Program-made: the position numbers and the translations under genes
Shown: positions 8,502 to 16,740 of the stretch, in pieces
Layout: every line of letters starts with the position of its first letter
Numbering within the stretch: the stretch's first letter is position 1
Notes under the pieces: generated by a model
The model's input: only the letters and a program-made list of their open reading frames with translations
Databases searched by the model: none
Told to the model about the DNA's origin: nothing
DNA from: Gammaproteobacteria bacterium
GTDB lineage: Bacteria > Pseudomonadota > Gammaproteobacteria > UBA4575
Direction: 5' to 3'
Length of the DNA stretch: 33,508 nucleotides
NCBI GenBank assembly: GCA_027297825.1
Contig: JAPUHH010000034.1
Location: 1 to 33,508 of the forward strand

Positions 8502-9623
8502 ATGACTGAAATGTTTCAACTTGCAACGGCCTCTGGCGGATCACCACGCGAACTTGTGACGACCTGTCTGCGTCAACTTGGCGATGTTCGTGGCAAATTT
8601 AAGTTGGGATTTATTTATGCCAATGACACTCTTAGTAAGGACTTGGAAAATATTTTAGGTCGGCTGAAGCAAGAAACTGGTATCAGTGATTGGGTGGGCA
8701 CAATGGGGATGGGGCTGTGCAGTACCGGCAAGGAATATTATGATGAAACCGCACTGGTTGTAATGCTTGCAGATATCGATACCAAAGATTACGCCATTAT
8801 AGGCGCGAATGATTTAAGTGAAGAGCAATTGCTTGAGCAAGTTTCTAGTTACTGCAAGGAAGAGTTGCCGCATGTAGGAATTATCCATGGCGACCCTAGT
8901 AATCCAGGTACGCCTAATTTGATTGAAAAGATTTCGAATACCGTACCTGCAGCCTATTTAGTGGGGGGTTTAACTTCATCGAATTTTGAGAATCACCAAG
9001 TTGCGAAAGAATTAGTCAGCGGCAGTGTGTCAGGTATTTTTTTCTCACCGCAAGTAAATACCATTGTGGGACATACGCAAGGTTGCTCGCCTTTAGACCA
9101 ACAGCACATTATTACTAAAGCAGATCGCAACATACTTATTGAACTAGATCACCGACCTGCTCTTGATGTGTTTCGGGAAGACATCGGAGAAGTGTTAGCT
9201 AAAGATTTATACAAGGTTGCAAATTATATCTATGCAGGAATACCGATCGAATATTCTGATATGGGTGACTATGTGGTTCGCAATATCATCGGTTTTGATG
9301 AAGAAGAAAAAATCATTGCAGTAGGTGATTATATTTATGAGGGCGGTAAATTTATGTTTTGCCGACGTGACGGTAATAGTGCCAGAGAAGATATGTTGCG
9401 TATGTTAAGAACGATGAAGTCGCGCATGACCACTCCACCTCGTGGCGGCGTGTACTACACTTGCTTAGGACGCGGGCGCTACCAATTTGGTGAAAACTCT
9501 GAAGAACTCAAAATGATTGAAGAAGAGCTAGGTGACTTTCCATTGGCAGGATTTTTTGCGAACGGAGAAATTTTCAATAATCGACTCTATGGTTACACTG
9601 GTGTACTGACGCTCTTTTTATAA
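8502..9623 (+). CDS. FIST domain-containing sensory protein (stand-alone FIST_N + FIST_C)
   Basis: 373 aa. N-terminal GFIYAN...VGTMGMG and C-terminal LAGFFANGEI...YTGVLTLF patterns are typical of FIST_N/FIST_C. No output domain. Confidence 0.7.
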   Translation: MTEMFQLATASGGSPRELVTTCLRQLGDVRGKFKLGFIYANDTLSKDLENILGRLKQETGISDWVGTMGMGLCSTGKEYYDETALVVMLADIDTKDYAIIGANDLSEEQLLEQVSSYCKEELPHVGIIHGDPSNPGTPNLIEKISNTVPAAYLVGGLTSSNFENHQVAKELVSGSVSGIFFSPQVNTIVGHTQGCSPLDQQHIITKADRNILIELDHRPALDVFREDIGEVLAKDLYKVANYIYAGIPIEYSDMGDYVVRNIIGFDEEEKIIAVGDYIYEGGKFMFCRRDGNSAREDMLRMLRTMKSRMTTPPRGGVYYTCLGRGRYQFGENSEELKMIEEELGDFPLAGFFANGEIFNNRLYGYTGVLTLFL

Positions 9624-9634
9624 TTTTTTAAAGT

Positions 9635-10669
9635 ATGCAATTCAACCAATTAGGCACTACCAGTTTAAAGGTCAGTAAAATTTGCCTGGGTACAATGACC
9701 TTTGGCGAACAAAACACAGAAGCTGAAGCGCACGAGCAACTTGATTATGCGTTGTCGCAGGGCGTGAATTTCATTGACACCGCAGAAATGTATCCCGTTC
9801 CCCCGCTAGAACCGACACAAGGCAAAACAGAAGAATACCTAGGTAGTTGGTTTAAAAAGAGCGGTCAACGTGAGCAAATTATTTTAGCATCAAAAGTAGC
9901 GGGCCCAGGCCTGATGCCGTATCTGCGTAATGGTCCACAGTTAATACCTGAACATATCAATGCGGCATTAGAGGCTAGCCTAAAGCGTTTGCAAACCGAC
10001 TATCTTGATTTGTATCAGGTGCATTGGCCGGCTAGAAATACAAACTACTTTGGTGAGCTCGGTTATCAGCAGCTTGACACGGAAACACCTACATCAATGG
10101 AAAACGCGTACGCGTGTTTAATCCAAGTCGTGGAGCAAGGCAAAGTGCGTCATCTAGGTATTAGTAATGAAACGCCATGGGGCGTGATGCAATATCAGTC
10201 TTTAGCTAGAGCAAATAATTGGCCTTCTATAGTAAGCATTCAAAACCCATATAGCCTTTTGAACCGGACCTATGAAATAGGCTTGGCTGAAATTTCGCAT
10301 CGGGAAAAGATAGGCTTGCTGGCTTATTCGCCCCTAGGGTTTGGTGTGTTAACCGGTAAGTACTTAGATGAGAATGCCCCCGCTAATGCGCGACTAACGT
10401 TGTTTAATCGTTTTGATCGCTACAGCAGTAATCAAGGCACCAAGGCCACACAGGCGTATGTTCAATTAGCACTCCAATATGGTATTTCACCAACACAAAT
10501 GGCATTAGCCTTTGTGAATACCAGGCCATTTTTAACGGCTAATATTGTTGGTGCAACCAGTTTAGAACAGCTCAAAGAAAACATAGGTAGCATTAACGTT
10601 GAATTATCTGAAGAAGTCATTGAGAAAATTGAAGCCATCCATCAGCACCAACCCAACCCTTGTCCTTAA
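9635..10669 (+). CDS. tas: NADP(H)-dependent aldo/keto reductase, Tas-like
   Basis: 344 aa. The N-terminus [52 protein letters not shown] is nearly collinear with E. coli Tas. Confidence 0.85.
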   Translation: MQFNQLGTTSLKVSKICLGTMTFGEQNTEAEAHEQLDYALSQGVNFIDTAEMYPVPPLEPTQGKTEEYLGSWFKKSGQREQIILASKVAGPGLMPYLRNGPQLIPEHINAALEASLKRLQTDYLDLYQVHWPARNTNYFGELGYQQLDTETPTSMENAYACLIQVVEQGKVRHLGISNETPWGVMQYQSLARANNWPSIVSIQNPYSLLNRTYEIGLAEISHREKIGLLAYSPLGFGVLTGKYLDENAPANARLTLFNRFDRYSSNQGTKATQAYVQLALQYGISPTQMALAFVNTRPFLTANIVGATSLEQLKENIGSINVELSEEVIEKIEAIHQHQPNPCP

Positions 10670-10685
10670 GAATAGTTTGACCCTT

Positions 10686-11198
10686 ATGGATCTAAAATCA
10701 ATCATTCGTGATATTCCTGATTTTCCTAAACCAGGAATCGTATTTCGCGACATTACAACTTTGCTGCAAAACCCGGAGGGGCTTCGTTATATTATTGATC
10801 ACTTTAGTGATGCTTATTCGGATCAACGAATCGATTATGTTCTCGGAATTGAGTCCAGAGGTTTTATTTTTGGTGCGCCTCTAGCGTATAAACTTGGTGC
10901 GGGGTTCGTGCCTGTGCGTAAAGCAGGTAAATTACCAGCACAAACACATTCCATAGAGTATGAGCTTGAGTATGGAACGGATCGTTTGGAAATTCATAAA
11001 GATGCTGTTCAACCGGGAAGCCAAATTCTTGTCGTCGATGATTTAATAGCAACAGGTGGAACGGCTGCTGCGACAGCTCAGCTTATTGATCAATTGGACT
11101 GCAGGGTAATCGCTTTCGCTTTTGTTATAGAGTTAAGTGGCCTGGGGGGTCGAGATAAACTCCCAGGGGCTCCAATCAAGACAATCATCAAGTATTAA
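10686..11198 (+). CDS. apt: adenine phosphoribosyltransferase
   Basis: 170 aa from the internal ATG ([24 protein letters not shown]...). PRPP motif [13 protein letters not shown]. The 10599 start in the ORF track overlaps tas and adds non-homologous residues. Confidence 0.92.
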   Translation: MDLKSIIRDIPDFPKPGIVFRDITTLLQNPEGLRYIIDHFSDAYSDQRIDYVLGIESRGFIFGAPLAYKLGAGFVPVRKAGKLPAQTHSIEYELEYGTDRLEIHKDAVQPGSQILVVDDLIATGGTAAATAQLIDQLDCRVIAFAFVIELSGLGGRDKLPGAPIKTIIKY

Positions 11199-11237
11199 TA
11201 ATCTATTGAGTCTGGATCCATTATTTGGTGCAAAGTG

Positions 11238-11960
11238 CTACGCGGGCGTGTTTTCTAGAATATCTCGTTGCGTACTGATCCAGTTAAACACTTCTTTATT
11301 TATTTCGGCGGCGGTTTTGCCTTGGCTTTCGATGATTGGACCAATCACCATTTTAATGGTGCCAGGTTTTTTGGTGAGCTGTTTACGTGCCCAAAATTTA
11401 CCAGAGTTATGCGCGACGGGTACGATAGGTGCGCCTGCTTCTGCTGCGAGCATCGCCCCACCAATCCTAAATTTTCGCTTTTCACCTGGCGGTGTGCGTG
11501 TGCCTTCTGGAAAAATTAGGATTGAACGTCCACTCTGTAATTTTTGTTTGCCTTTCAGAGTAAGTTGATCAACAGCTTTTCGACCTGATTTTCGATCTAA
11601 GGCAATCGGTTCAGTAAGTGCCAAACCCCAACCAAAAATGGGTAGGAATAATAATTCTTTTTTTATGACCCAGGTTAATGGCGGGAACACAGTGCCAATG
11701 GCCATGGTCTCCCATGTTGATTGATGGTTTGACATTACGATGCAGGCGCGATCAGGAATATTCTCTTTTCCTTCAACTACATAATGTAAGTCACAAGTAA
11801 TACGTAGCCACCACAGGTTGGCCGCACTCCAGGTAACAATAATTTTATAACGTTGTTTATATGGGACTAAGACTGTTAGTAGACTAAGAAAGCCAAATAC
11901 GATGGTGAATAAAGCCATACCGATTAAATACAGCAACGAGCGAATAGTTTGTATCATCAC
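11238..11960 (-). CDS. plsC: 1-acyl-sn-glycerol-3-phosphate acyltransferase
   Basis: 240 aa. N-terminal TM segment, acyltransferase motifs NHQSTWE and FPEGTR. Sits in a glyQS-gmhB-plsC block as in Pseudomonas. Confidence 0.85.
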   Translation of the reverse strand: MMIQTIRSLLYLIGMALFTIVFGFLSLLTVLVPYKQRYKIIVTWSAANLWWLRITCDLHYVVEGKENIPDRACIVMSNHQSTWETMAIGTVFPPLTWVIKKELLFLPIFGWGLALTEPIALDRKSGRKAVDQLTLKGKQKLQSGRSILIFPEGTRTPPGEKRKFRIGGAMLAAEAGAPIVPVAHNSGKFWARKQLTKKPGTIKMVIGPIIESQGKTAAEINKEVFNWISTQRDILENTPA

Positions 11961-11999
11961 GGTGTGTAGAATTTTATTCGTTACTCTTAGTGACTAAAT

Positions 12000-12536
12000 T
12001 TACTGAGCTAATAAAGAATCAACGGCTTCGGCAAGGTCGGAAAAAATCGGAATATTTCTGGGTAACTGTTCACTTTTTGCGGTCACTGAGCCATTGCCGG
12101 TACGCACCAATATGGGTTGCGCTCCGTGTGCAATTGCAGCTTGCACATCGCGCTGCGAATCGCCTATAAAAGGGGCTTTCTGCAAGGACAAGTTTGCACG
12201 TTTTTCGATTTCAACCAGCATTCCAGGATTTGGCTTGCGACACTCGCCCTTTAAGTCGGGGCAAATAAAAATTCCGTCTATGTGCCCACCGTGTTGCGTA
12301 AGATCCGCTAACATTTTTTGATGAATCGCATGCAAGGTATTGTAATCAAATAATTCGCGACTAATACCTGATTGGTTAGAAGCAACAAACACTTTGACTT
12401 TGGCATGGTTTAGCCTTGCAATAGCTTCTAGACTGCCTTTAATGGCAATCCATTCCTCTGGTGATTTTATAAACTCATCAGATTTTTCATTAATGACGCC
12501 ATCACGGTCTAATATTACTGCTTTAAACTTACTCAT
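12000..12536 (-). CDS. gmhB: D-glycero-beta-D-manno-heptose-1,7-bisphosphate 7-phosphatase
   Basis: 178 aa. HAD motif ILDRDGVIN plus CxC..RKPNPGM and GDSQRD, typical of GmhB. Confidence 0.85.
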   Translation of the reverse strand: MSKFKAVILDRDGVINEKSDEFIKSPEEWIAIKGSLEAIARLNHAKVKVFVASNQSGISRELFDYNTLHAIHQKMLADLTQHGGHIDGIFICPDLKGECRKPNPGMLVEIEKRANLSLQKAPFIGDSQRDVQAAIAHGAQPILVRTGNGSVTAKSEQLPRNIPIFSDLAEAVDSLLAQ

Positions 12537-12558
12537 ATGCTTATCTTGCTAAAGTTGG

Positions 12559-14634
12559 TTATGATTGTAGCCGTGAGAAATCTGCTACATGCATAAATAG
12601 TGAATCTATCTTTGCAAGCAGTGCGATTCGATTGTTTTTTAATGCCTCGTCTTTATCCATGACCATTACATCATCAAAAAATGTATCTACAGGTTGACGT
12701 AAATCAGCAAGTTTATTTAAAGCTTGTGCGTAATCACGCTGTTGAAAAAGGCTTTCAACATCGCTAGACAGTTCCTCAATTGCGATATGTAGAACACTCT
12801 CCGCATTCTCTTTAAACAACTCTTTTTGCACTTGTCCGATATTGTTACGATCTGTCTTTTTTAGAATATTGCGAATCCGTTTATTCGCAACTGCAAGACT
12901 ATGCGCATTGGGCAACTTGCGAAAGCTGCATACCGCTTCAATGCGTATGGCAATATCATTGGGTTTAGTTGGCCGGGTTGCTAAAACAGAGTCAATCACA
13001 TCAGGGGCAATATTACGATCTGCAAAATAGGCATGTAGTCGTTCGATAATATAATCAAAAACTTCATCTACCACGGAATCTGCATTTAGGCTTTTTGGGA
13101 ATAGTGTCGCAGCATGCTTTAGAGTTGCCTGCAAATCTATATCTAAGCGCGTTTCAATGATGATGCGTAACAACGCTAAAGATGCTCTGCGCAAACCATA
13201 AGGGTCTTTGATTCCAGTAGGTTTTTTGCCGATTGCAAAAATGCCCACCAAACTGTCAATACGGTCGGCTAAGGCAAGTGTTTGACCCGCTGCGGAAGTT
13301 GGTAGGTCGCCACCGGCTTGGCGCGGTAAGTATTGTTCTTCGATCGCTAATCCAACCTCCTTATCTTCTGCATCGTGTGAGGCTAAATCATGACCAACAA
13401 TGCCTTGTAATTTTGGGAATTCGCCAACCATCTCGGTAAGCAGGTCGCATTTACTTAATGTTGCGGCGCGTTGGCTGTGGTCAGAGTCTGCATTTGTATA
13501 GGCGCTTAAATATTTGGCAAGTTCGCGGATACGCAATGTTTTGTCATGCAAGCTTCCTAGCTGCTTTTCAAATACAACATTCTTAAGCTTTTCTAACTTA
13601 GATTCTAAAGTTTGGTTTTTATCGCGTTGCCAAAAAAACATTGCGTCTTCAAAACGTGGCGTAATGACTTTTTGATTGCCTTGTTTAACTGCCTCCGGTG
13701 AGGTGCTGTCTATATTACTGATAATAATGAATTGCGACAGAAGCTCGCCCTTGTCATCCAGCAAGGGAATGTACTTTTGATTGTCTTGCATGGTGTTAAT
13801 TAACACCTGTTTATTTATTTCCAGAAATTTTTTATCGAACCCTCCTAGTAGAGCATTGGGCCACTCCACTAAGTTAGTGATCTCATCTAACAAGTCTTGT
13901 GTGTAAGAGGGTTTACCCTTTGCGCTTGCTGCAAGTTTATAAACTTGTTCAAGTATGTTTTTTTGCCGAGCTTCAAAATCTGCTAACACATGGCCTTTAA
14001 CTTCCAACAGTTCCTTATAAGCAGAGGCGTGCTTGACGACAATTTGTTTGGGGCTATGAAACCTATGTCCATAAGTTATATTGTTAGCATCGTGACCAAA
14101 TAAGGTTGTAGCGACTGTTTCCTCACCAAAGATGACGAGTAGCCACCGAACAGGGCGAATAAATTCTGCCGTGGTTTCATTCCAACGCATGCGTTTTGGA
14201 GCAGATAGTTTGTTTATAGTAGTTTCGAGAATTTCAGGTAATAGGTCCACGGTGTTTAACCCTGCACGAACTTCTCGAAATATGAGTCTTGGATTGTTAG
14301 AAGTTTTGTCTACAACTAGTTGATCAATCTCAATCCCGCATGAGCGCGCAAAACCCAATGCCGCTTGAGTGGGCTCACCGTTTTTATCGAACGCCGCTAT
14401 CGCATTAGGTCCTTTGCGTTCAATATGTTGGTCTTGTTGCTTACGGTCTAAGCCTTCAATAATTACTGCCAACCTGCGTGGAGTGCAAAACGTTTTGTGT
14501 GCAGAAAAAGTTAATTTTGCTGCGGTAAATTGAGCACAAAGCAATTCGCCGAACTCATTGGATAGCTTTTGCAGAAGTCTTGCGGGTAAATCTTCTGTAC
14601 CAACCTCAATTAATAAATCTTTTTTGCCGCTCAT
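12559..14634 (-). CDS. glyS: glycine--tRNA ligase beta subunit
   Basis: 691 aa. The full-length ORF starts LLIEVGTEDLPAR. Immediately downstream of glyQ. Confidence 0.95.
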   Translation of the reverse strand: MSGKKDLLIEVGTEDLPARLLQKLSNEFGELLCAQFTAAKLTFSAHKTFCTPRRLAVIIEGLDRKQQDQHIERKGPNAIAAFDKNGEPTQAALGFARSCGIEIDQLVVDKTSNNPRLIFREVRAGLNTVDLLPEILETTINKLSAPKRMRWNETTAEFIRPVRWLLVIFGEETVATTLFGHDANNITYGHRFHSPKQIVVKHASAYKELLEVKGHVLADFEARQKNILEQVYKLAASAKGKPSYTQDLLDEITNLVEWPNALLGGFDKKFLEINKQVLINTMQDNQKYIPLLDDKGELLSQFIIISNIDSTSPEAVKQGNQKVITPRFEDAMFFWQRDKNQTLESKLEKLKNVVFEKQLGSLHDKTLRIRELAKYLSAYTNADSDHSQRAATLSKCDLLTEMVGEFPKLQGIVGHDLASHDAEDKEVGLAIEEQYLPRQAGGDLPTSAAGQTLALADRIDSLVGIFAIGKKPTGIKDPYGLRRASLALLRIIIETRLDIDLQATLKHAATLFPKSLNADSVVDEVFDYIIERLHAYFADRNIAPDVIDSVLATRPTKPNDIAIRIEAVCSFRKLPNAHSLAVANKRIRNILKKTDRNNIGQVQKELFKENAESVLHIAIEELSSDVESLFQQRDYAQALNKLADLRQPVDTFFDDVMVMDKDEALKNNRIALLAKIDSLFMHVADFSRLQS

Positions 14635-14642
14635 AATGCTAA

Positions 14643-15542
14643 TTATTTTTTCAGGAGTGGAAAGTTCAGCTGTTCGCGGCTAGCATGATAAGTATTAGCA
14701 ACGGCTTGTGCGAGTTTACGGATGCGTAAAATATATTGTTGGCGCTCCGTTACTGAAATTACTTGGCGTGCGTCTAGTAAATTAAAAGTGTGTGAACACT
14801 TTAAAACGTGATCATAGGCAGCGATCGGAAGCGCAAGTTCGATCAAGTGTTGGCATTCTTTTTCGCTTGAGTCGAAGTTTTTAAATAGAACTTCAGTGCT
14901 GGCATGCTCGAAATTATAGGCCGATTGTTCTACTTCGTTTTGATGATAGAGGTCACGATAGAGGATAGTTCTATCTTCATGCTGGGCCCAGACTAGATCA
15001 TAAACACTGTCGACGTTTTGCAAGTACATAGCGATGCGTTCTAAGCCATAGGTAATTTCCCCGCTCACTGGTTTACATTCTAGGCCGCCGACTTGTTGGA
15101 AGTAGGTAAACTGTGAAATTTCCATGCCGTCTAACCACACCTCCCAACCCAAGCCCCATGCACCTAGGGTTGGAGATTCCCAATTGTCCTCCACGAAACG
15201 AATATCATGCACAAGGGGGTCGATATTAAGTTTTGATAAGGACTCTAAATATAATTGCTGAATATTATCTGGGGACGGTTTTAATATAGTCTGGAATTGG
15301 AAGTAACGCTGCAAGCGGTTTGGGTTATCTCCATAGCGACCGTCTGTGGGCCGGCGACAAGGTTGAGCATACGCTGCACGCCAGGGTTCTGGTCCGAGTG
15401 CACGCAAAAATGTGCTGGGGTGAAATGTTGCTGCACCCATTTCCAGATCATAAGGTTGATCAATGATGCAACCTTGTGCGGCCCAAAATTGTTGTAATCT
15501 GAGTATAAGATCTTGGAGTGAAATAAATGTGTCTTTTGGCAT
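14643..15542 (-). CDS. glyQ: glycine--tRNA ligase alpha subunit
   Basis: 299 aa from the internal ATG ([25 protein letters not shown]...). Collinear with E. coli GlyQ ([37 protein letters not shown]). The 20-codon extension to 15602 has no homology. Confidence 0.93.
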   Translation of the reverse strand: MPKDTFISLQDLILRLQQFWAAQGCIIDQPYDLEMGAATFHPSTFLRALGPEPWRAAYAQPCRRPTDGRYGDNPNRLQRYFQFQTILKPSPDNIQQLYLESLSKLNIDPLVHDIRFVEDNWESPTLGAWGLGWEVWLDGMEISQFTYFQQVGGLECKPVSGEITYGLERIAMYLQNVDSVYDLVWAQHEDRTILYRDLYHQNEVEQSAYNFEHASTEVLFKNFDSSEKECQHLIELALPIAAYDHVLKCSHTFNLLDARQVISVTERQQYILRIRKLAQAVANTYHASREQLNFPLLKK

Positions 15543-15619
15543 GGTGATGGCTGCATGTAGAGCAGCGAGAGTATAGCTAGGCACTTGACTGGCGGCTAGC
15601 ACATGAAGAGATAATTCAG

Positions 15620-15922
15620 ATTTTTAGGATAGGAATGCTGCGTTACGACGTCCTTGTCTCGCAGCTCTCATCCCTAAGACGTTGGTGAAAAGCTCTCCTA
15701 ATGCTGAGCTATTTACATGCTTCCCTGCTTGCCGTGGCATCCTTGCCACTAACAAATTCCATTCAACGCAGCTTGATTTGTAGAGCCGACATCCTTGTCG
15801 TGAAGTATTCCACCCATGTGAATGTGAGAAAATCCTTCTTAATCCACTTCACAAATCAAGCTCACTACCTGCCTATTGTGATAAGGCTTCCATTTTCTTA
15901 TCACTATGAATCCGTTCAGTCC
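15620..15922 (-). ncRNA. GGA-repeat array: candidate Csr/Rsm-type sponge RNA (or CsrA-binding 3' UTR / glyQS leader)
   Basis: 13 GGA motifs on the minus strand in about 275 nt. Perfect loop presentations are cgac-AAGGAT-gtcg (15787-15800), gtggc-AAGGAT-gccac (15734-15749), gaa-CGGA-ttc (15908-15917) and gac-AAGGAC-gtc (15647-15658) nested in gctgcg/cgcagc (15637-15665). ACAAGGAUGU equals the CsrA SELEX core. No ORF of 60 aa or more on this strand. The 3' end is not defined. A weak hairpin plus UUUU lies at 15687-15710. Confidence 0.4.
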
Positions 15923-16051
15923 TTAGGTGCGTTTGTTGGTGCGACACAGTTTTTCCTTAACCGTATGTCGATAAGCCCAAGCCAGCGCTGCCATACTTGC
16001 GGCGATCCATACAACATATAATGTTGTTAATACATCTGTGTTACCGCTCAT
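15923..16051 (-). CDS. 42-aa predicted single-pass membrane mini-protein (MSGNTDVLTTLYVVWIAASMAALAWAYRHTVKEKLCRTNKRT)
   Basis: Hand-translated and below the ORF-track cutoff. Strong AAGGAGG 5 nt upstream of the ATG. One hydrophobic helix is followed by a basic tail, consistent with the positive-inside rule. No homologue recognised. It could instead be the non-coding 5' part of the GGA-rich RNA. Confidence 0.35.
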   Translation of the reverse strand: MSGNTDVLTTLYVVWIAASMAALAWAYRHTVKEKLCRTNKRT

Positions 16052-16120
16052 TTTGACCTCCTTGTTATGGTCTATGCCTGTCGTAGGCATAAATTTAATG
16101 TCCCTATTACCAGTGTATAG

Positions 16121-16136
16121 AGCAAAGGCTGTGCCA
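16121..16136 (-). promoter_or_regulatory. sigma-54 (RpoN) promoter, -24/-12 type
   Basis: The minus strand reads cTGGCACAGCCTTTGCT. This has the exact spacing and matches YTGGCACGrNNNTTGCW at all conserved positions except one. It lies about 70 nt upstream of the mini-ORF ATG. Confidence 0.55.
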
Positions 16137-16520
16137 GGTTTGTTGGCGGTTACGGCTTGTTAGCTAACCTACTGACAGGCCGGACAATACTGATTTACGC
16201 TAGATAAATACCCACGCTCAAAGACAGTCAATAGGACCAAATTTGTCCCCAGAAATTGACTTTTGGTGACCAATTTCGGCATGGCTTTACTGGATGGTTC
16301 TGGAGTAATAGATAAGTAGTTTTTACAGTGGACCCGGTAAGCCATTTCCATCTGTTTGGGCAAATCTGAAAGTCAGGCTGTGAGATCCATCGCCGCCAGC
16401 ATGTAAAAGCTATCACCATCCATTTTAATCCATGCAGTGGCTAGCAATTTGATTGAGATATGAAAATGTCCATGGCGAATAAAAAGTGTAAGTGTTCATG
16501 CGGCGTGACGAAGCTTACGA

Positions 16521-16556
16521 GCACTATTCTGGTGCTTGATGGCACTATGGTGGTGC
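16521..16556. promoter_or_regulatory. two tandem NtrC-type enhancer sites (GCAC-N7-GTGC)
   Basis: GCACtattctgGTGC (16521-16535) and GCACtatggtgGTGC (16542-16556) fit the TGCACC-N5-GGTGCA NtrC dyad. They are centred about 100-120 bp upstream of the glnA sigma-54 promoter. Confidence 0.5.
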
Positions 16557-16643
16557 AAGTATAGGTAACAGTGCCGCTACCTATCATGAAAAAGCTGCGT
16601 ATAATGCCGCACGAGCACTCAATTGAGTGCGCCAGATCGGTAC

Positions 16644-16659
16644 TGGCACATATTGTGCT
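16644..16659 (+). promoter_or_regulatory. sigma-54 promoter of glnA (glnAp2-like)
   Basis: TGGCACatattgTGCT has correct GG-N10-GC spacing and lies about 80 nt upstream of the glnA ATG. A perfect TATAAT at 16600-16605 may be a sigma-70 glnAp1 -10 box. Confidence 0.6.
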
Positions 16660-16740
16660 TTATGCGCCAGTGAGTGAACGCGATTAGCAATTGATCACGA
16701 CCATAAGAATAACATTCGAGTTGAAGCTAAGGAGAAACCC

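Noticed and set aside
15543-15602. 20-codon N-terminal extension of glyQ given by the ORF track
   Set aside because: Homology to GlyQ begins at the internal Met (MPKDTF...), and the extension has no counterpart in known GlyQ proteins.
15701-16021. 106-aa plus-strand ORF in the glyQ-glnA spacer
   Set aside because: It has no ribosome-binding site and its composition looks like an artefact of the TCC-rich complement of the GGA array. It is antisense to a mini-ORF that does have a strong Shine-Dalgarno, and no family resemblance is apparent.
16169-16419. Two overlapping 63-64 aa minus-strand ORFs upstream of the sigma-54 promoter
   Set aside because: They lack a Shine-Dalgarno, overlap each other in different frames, and have unprotein-like sequences. 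They are treated as random ORFs in a regulatory spacer.
16460-16564. 34-codon Cys-rich ORF (MKMSMANKKCKCSCG...) upstream of glnA
   Set aside because: It overlaps both NtrC-type dyads and has only a weak ribosome-binding site. The sequence is better explained as enhancer DNA.
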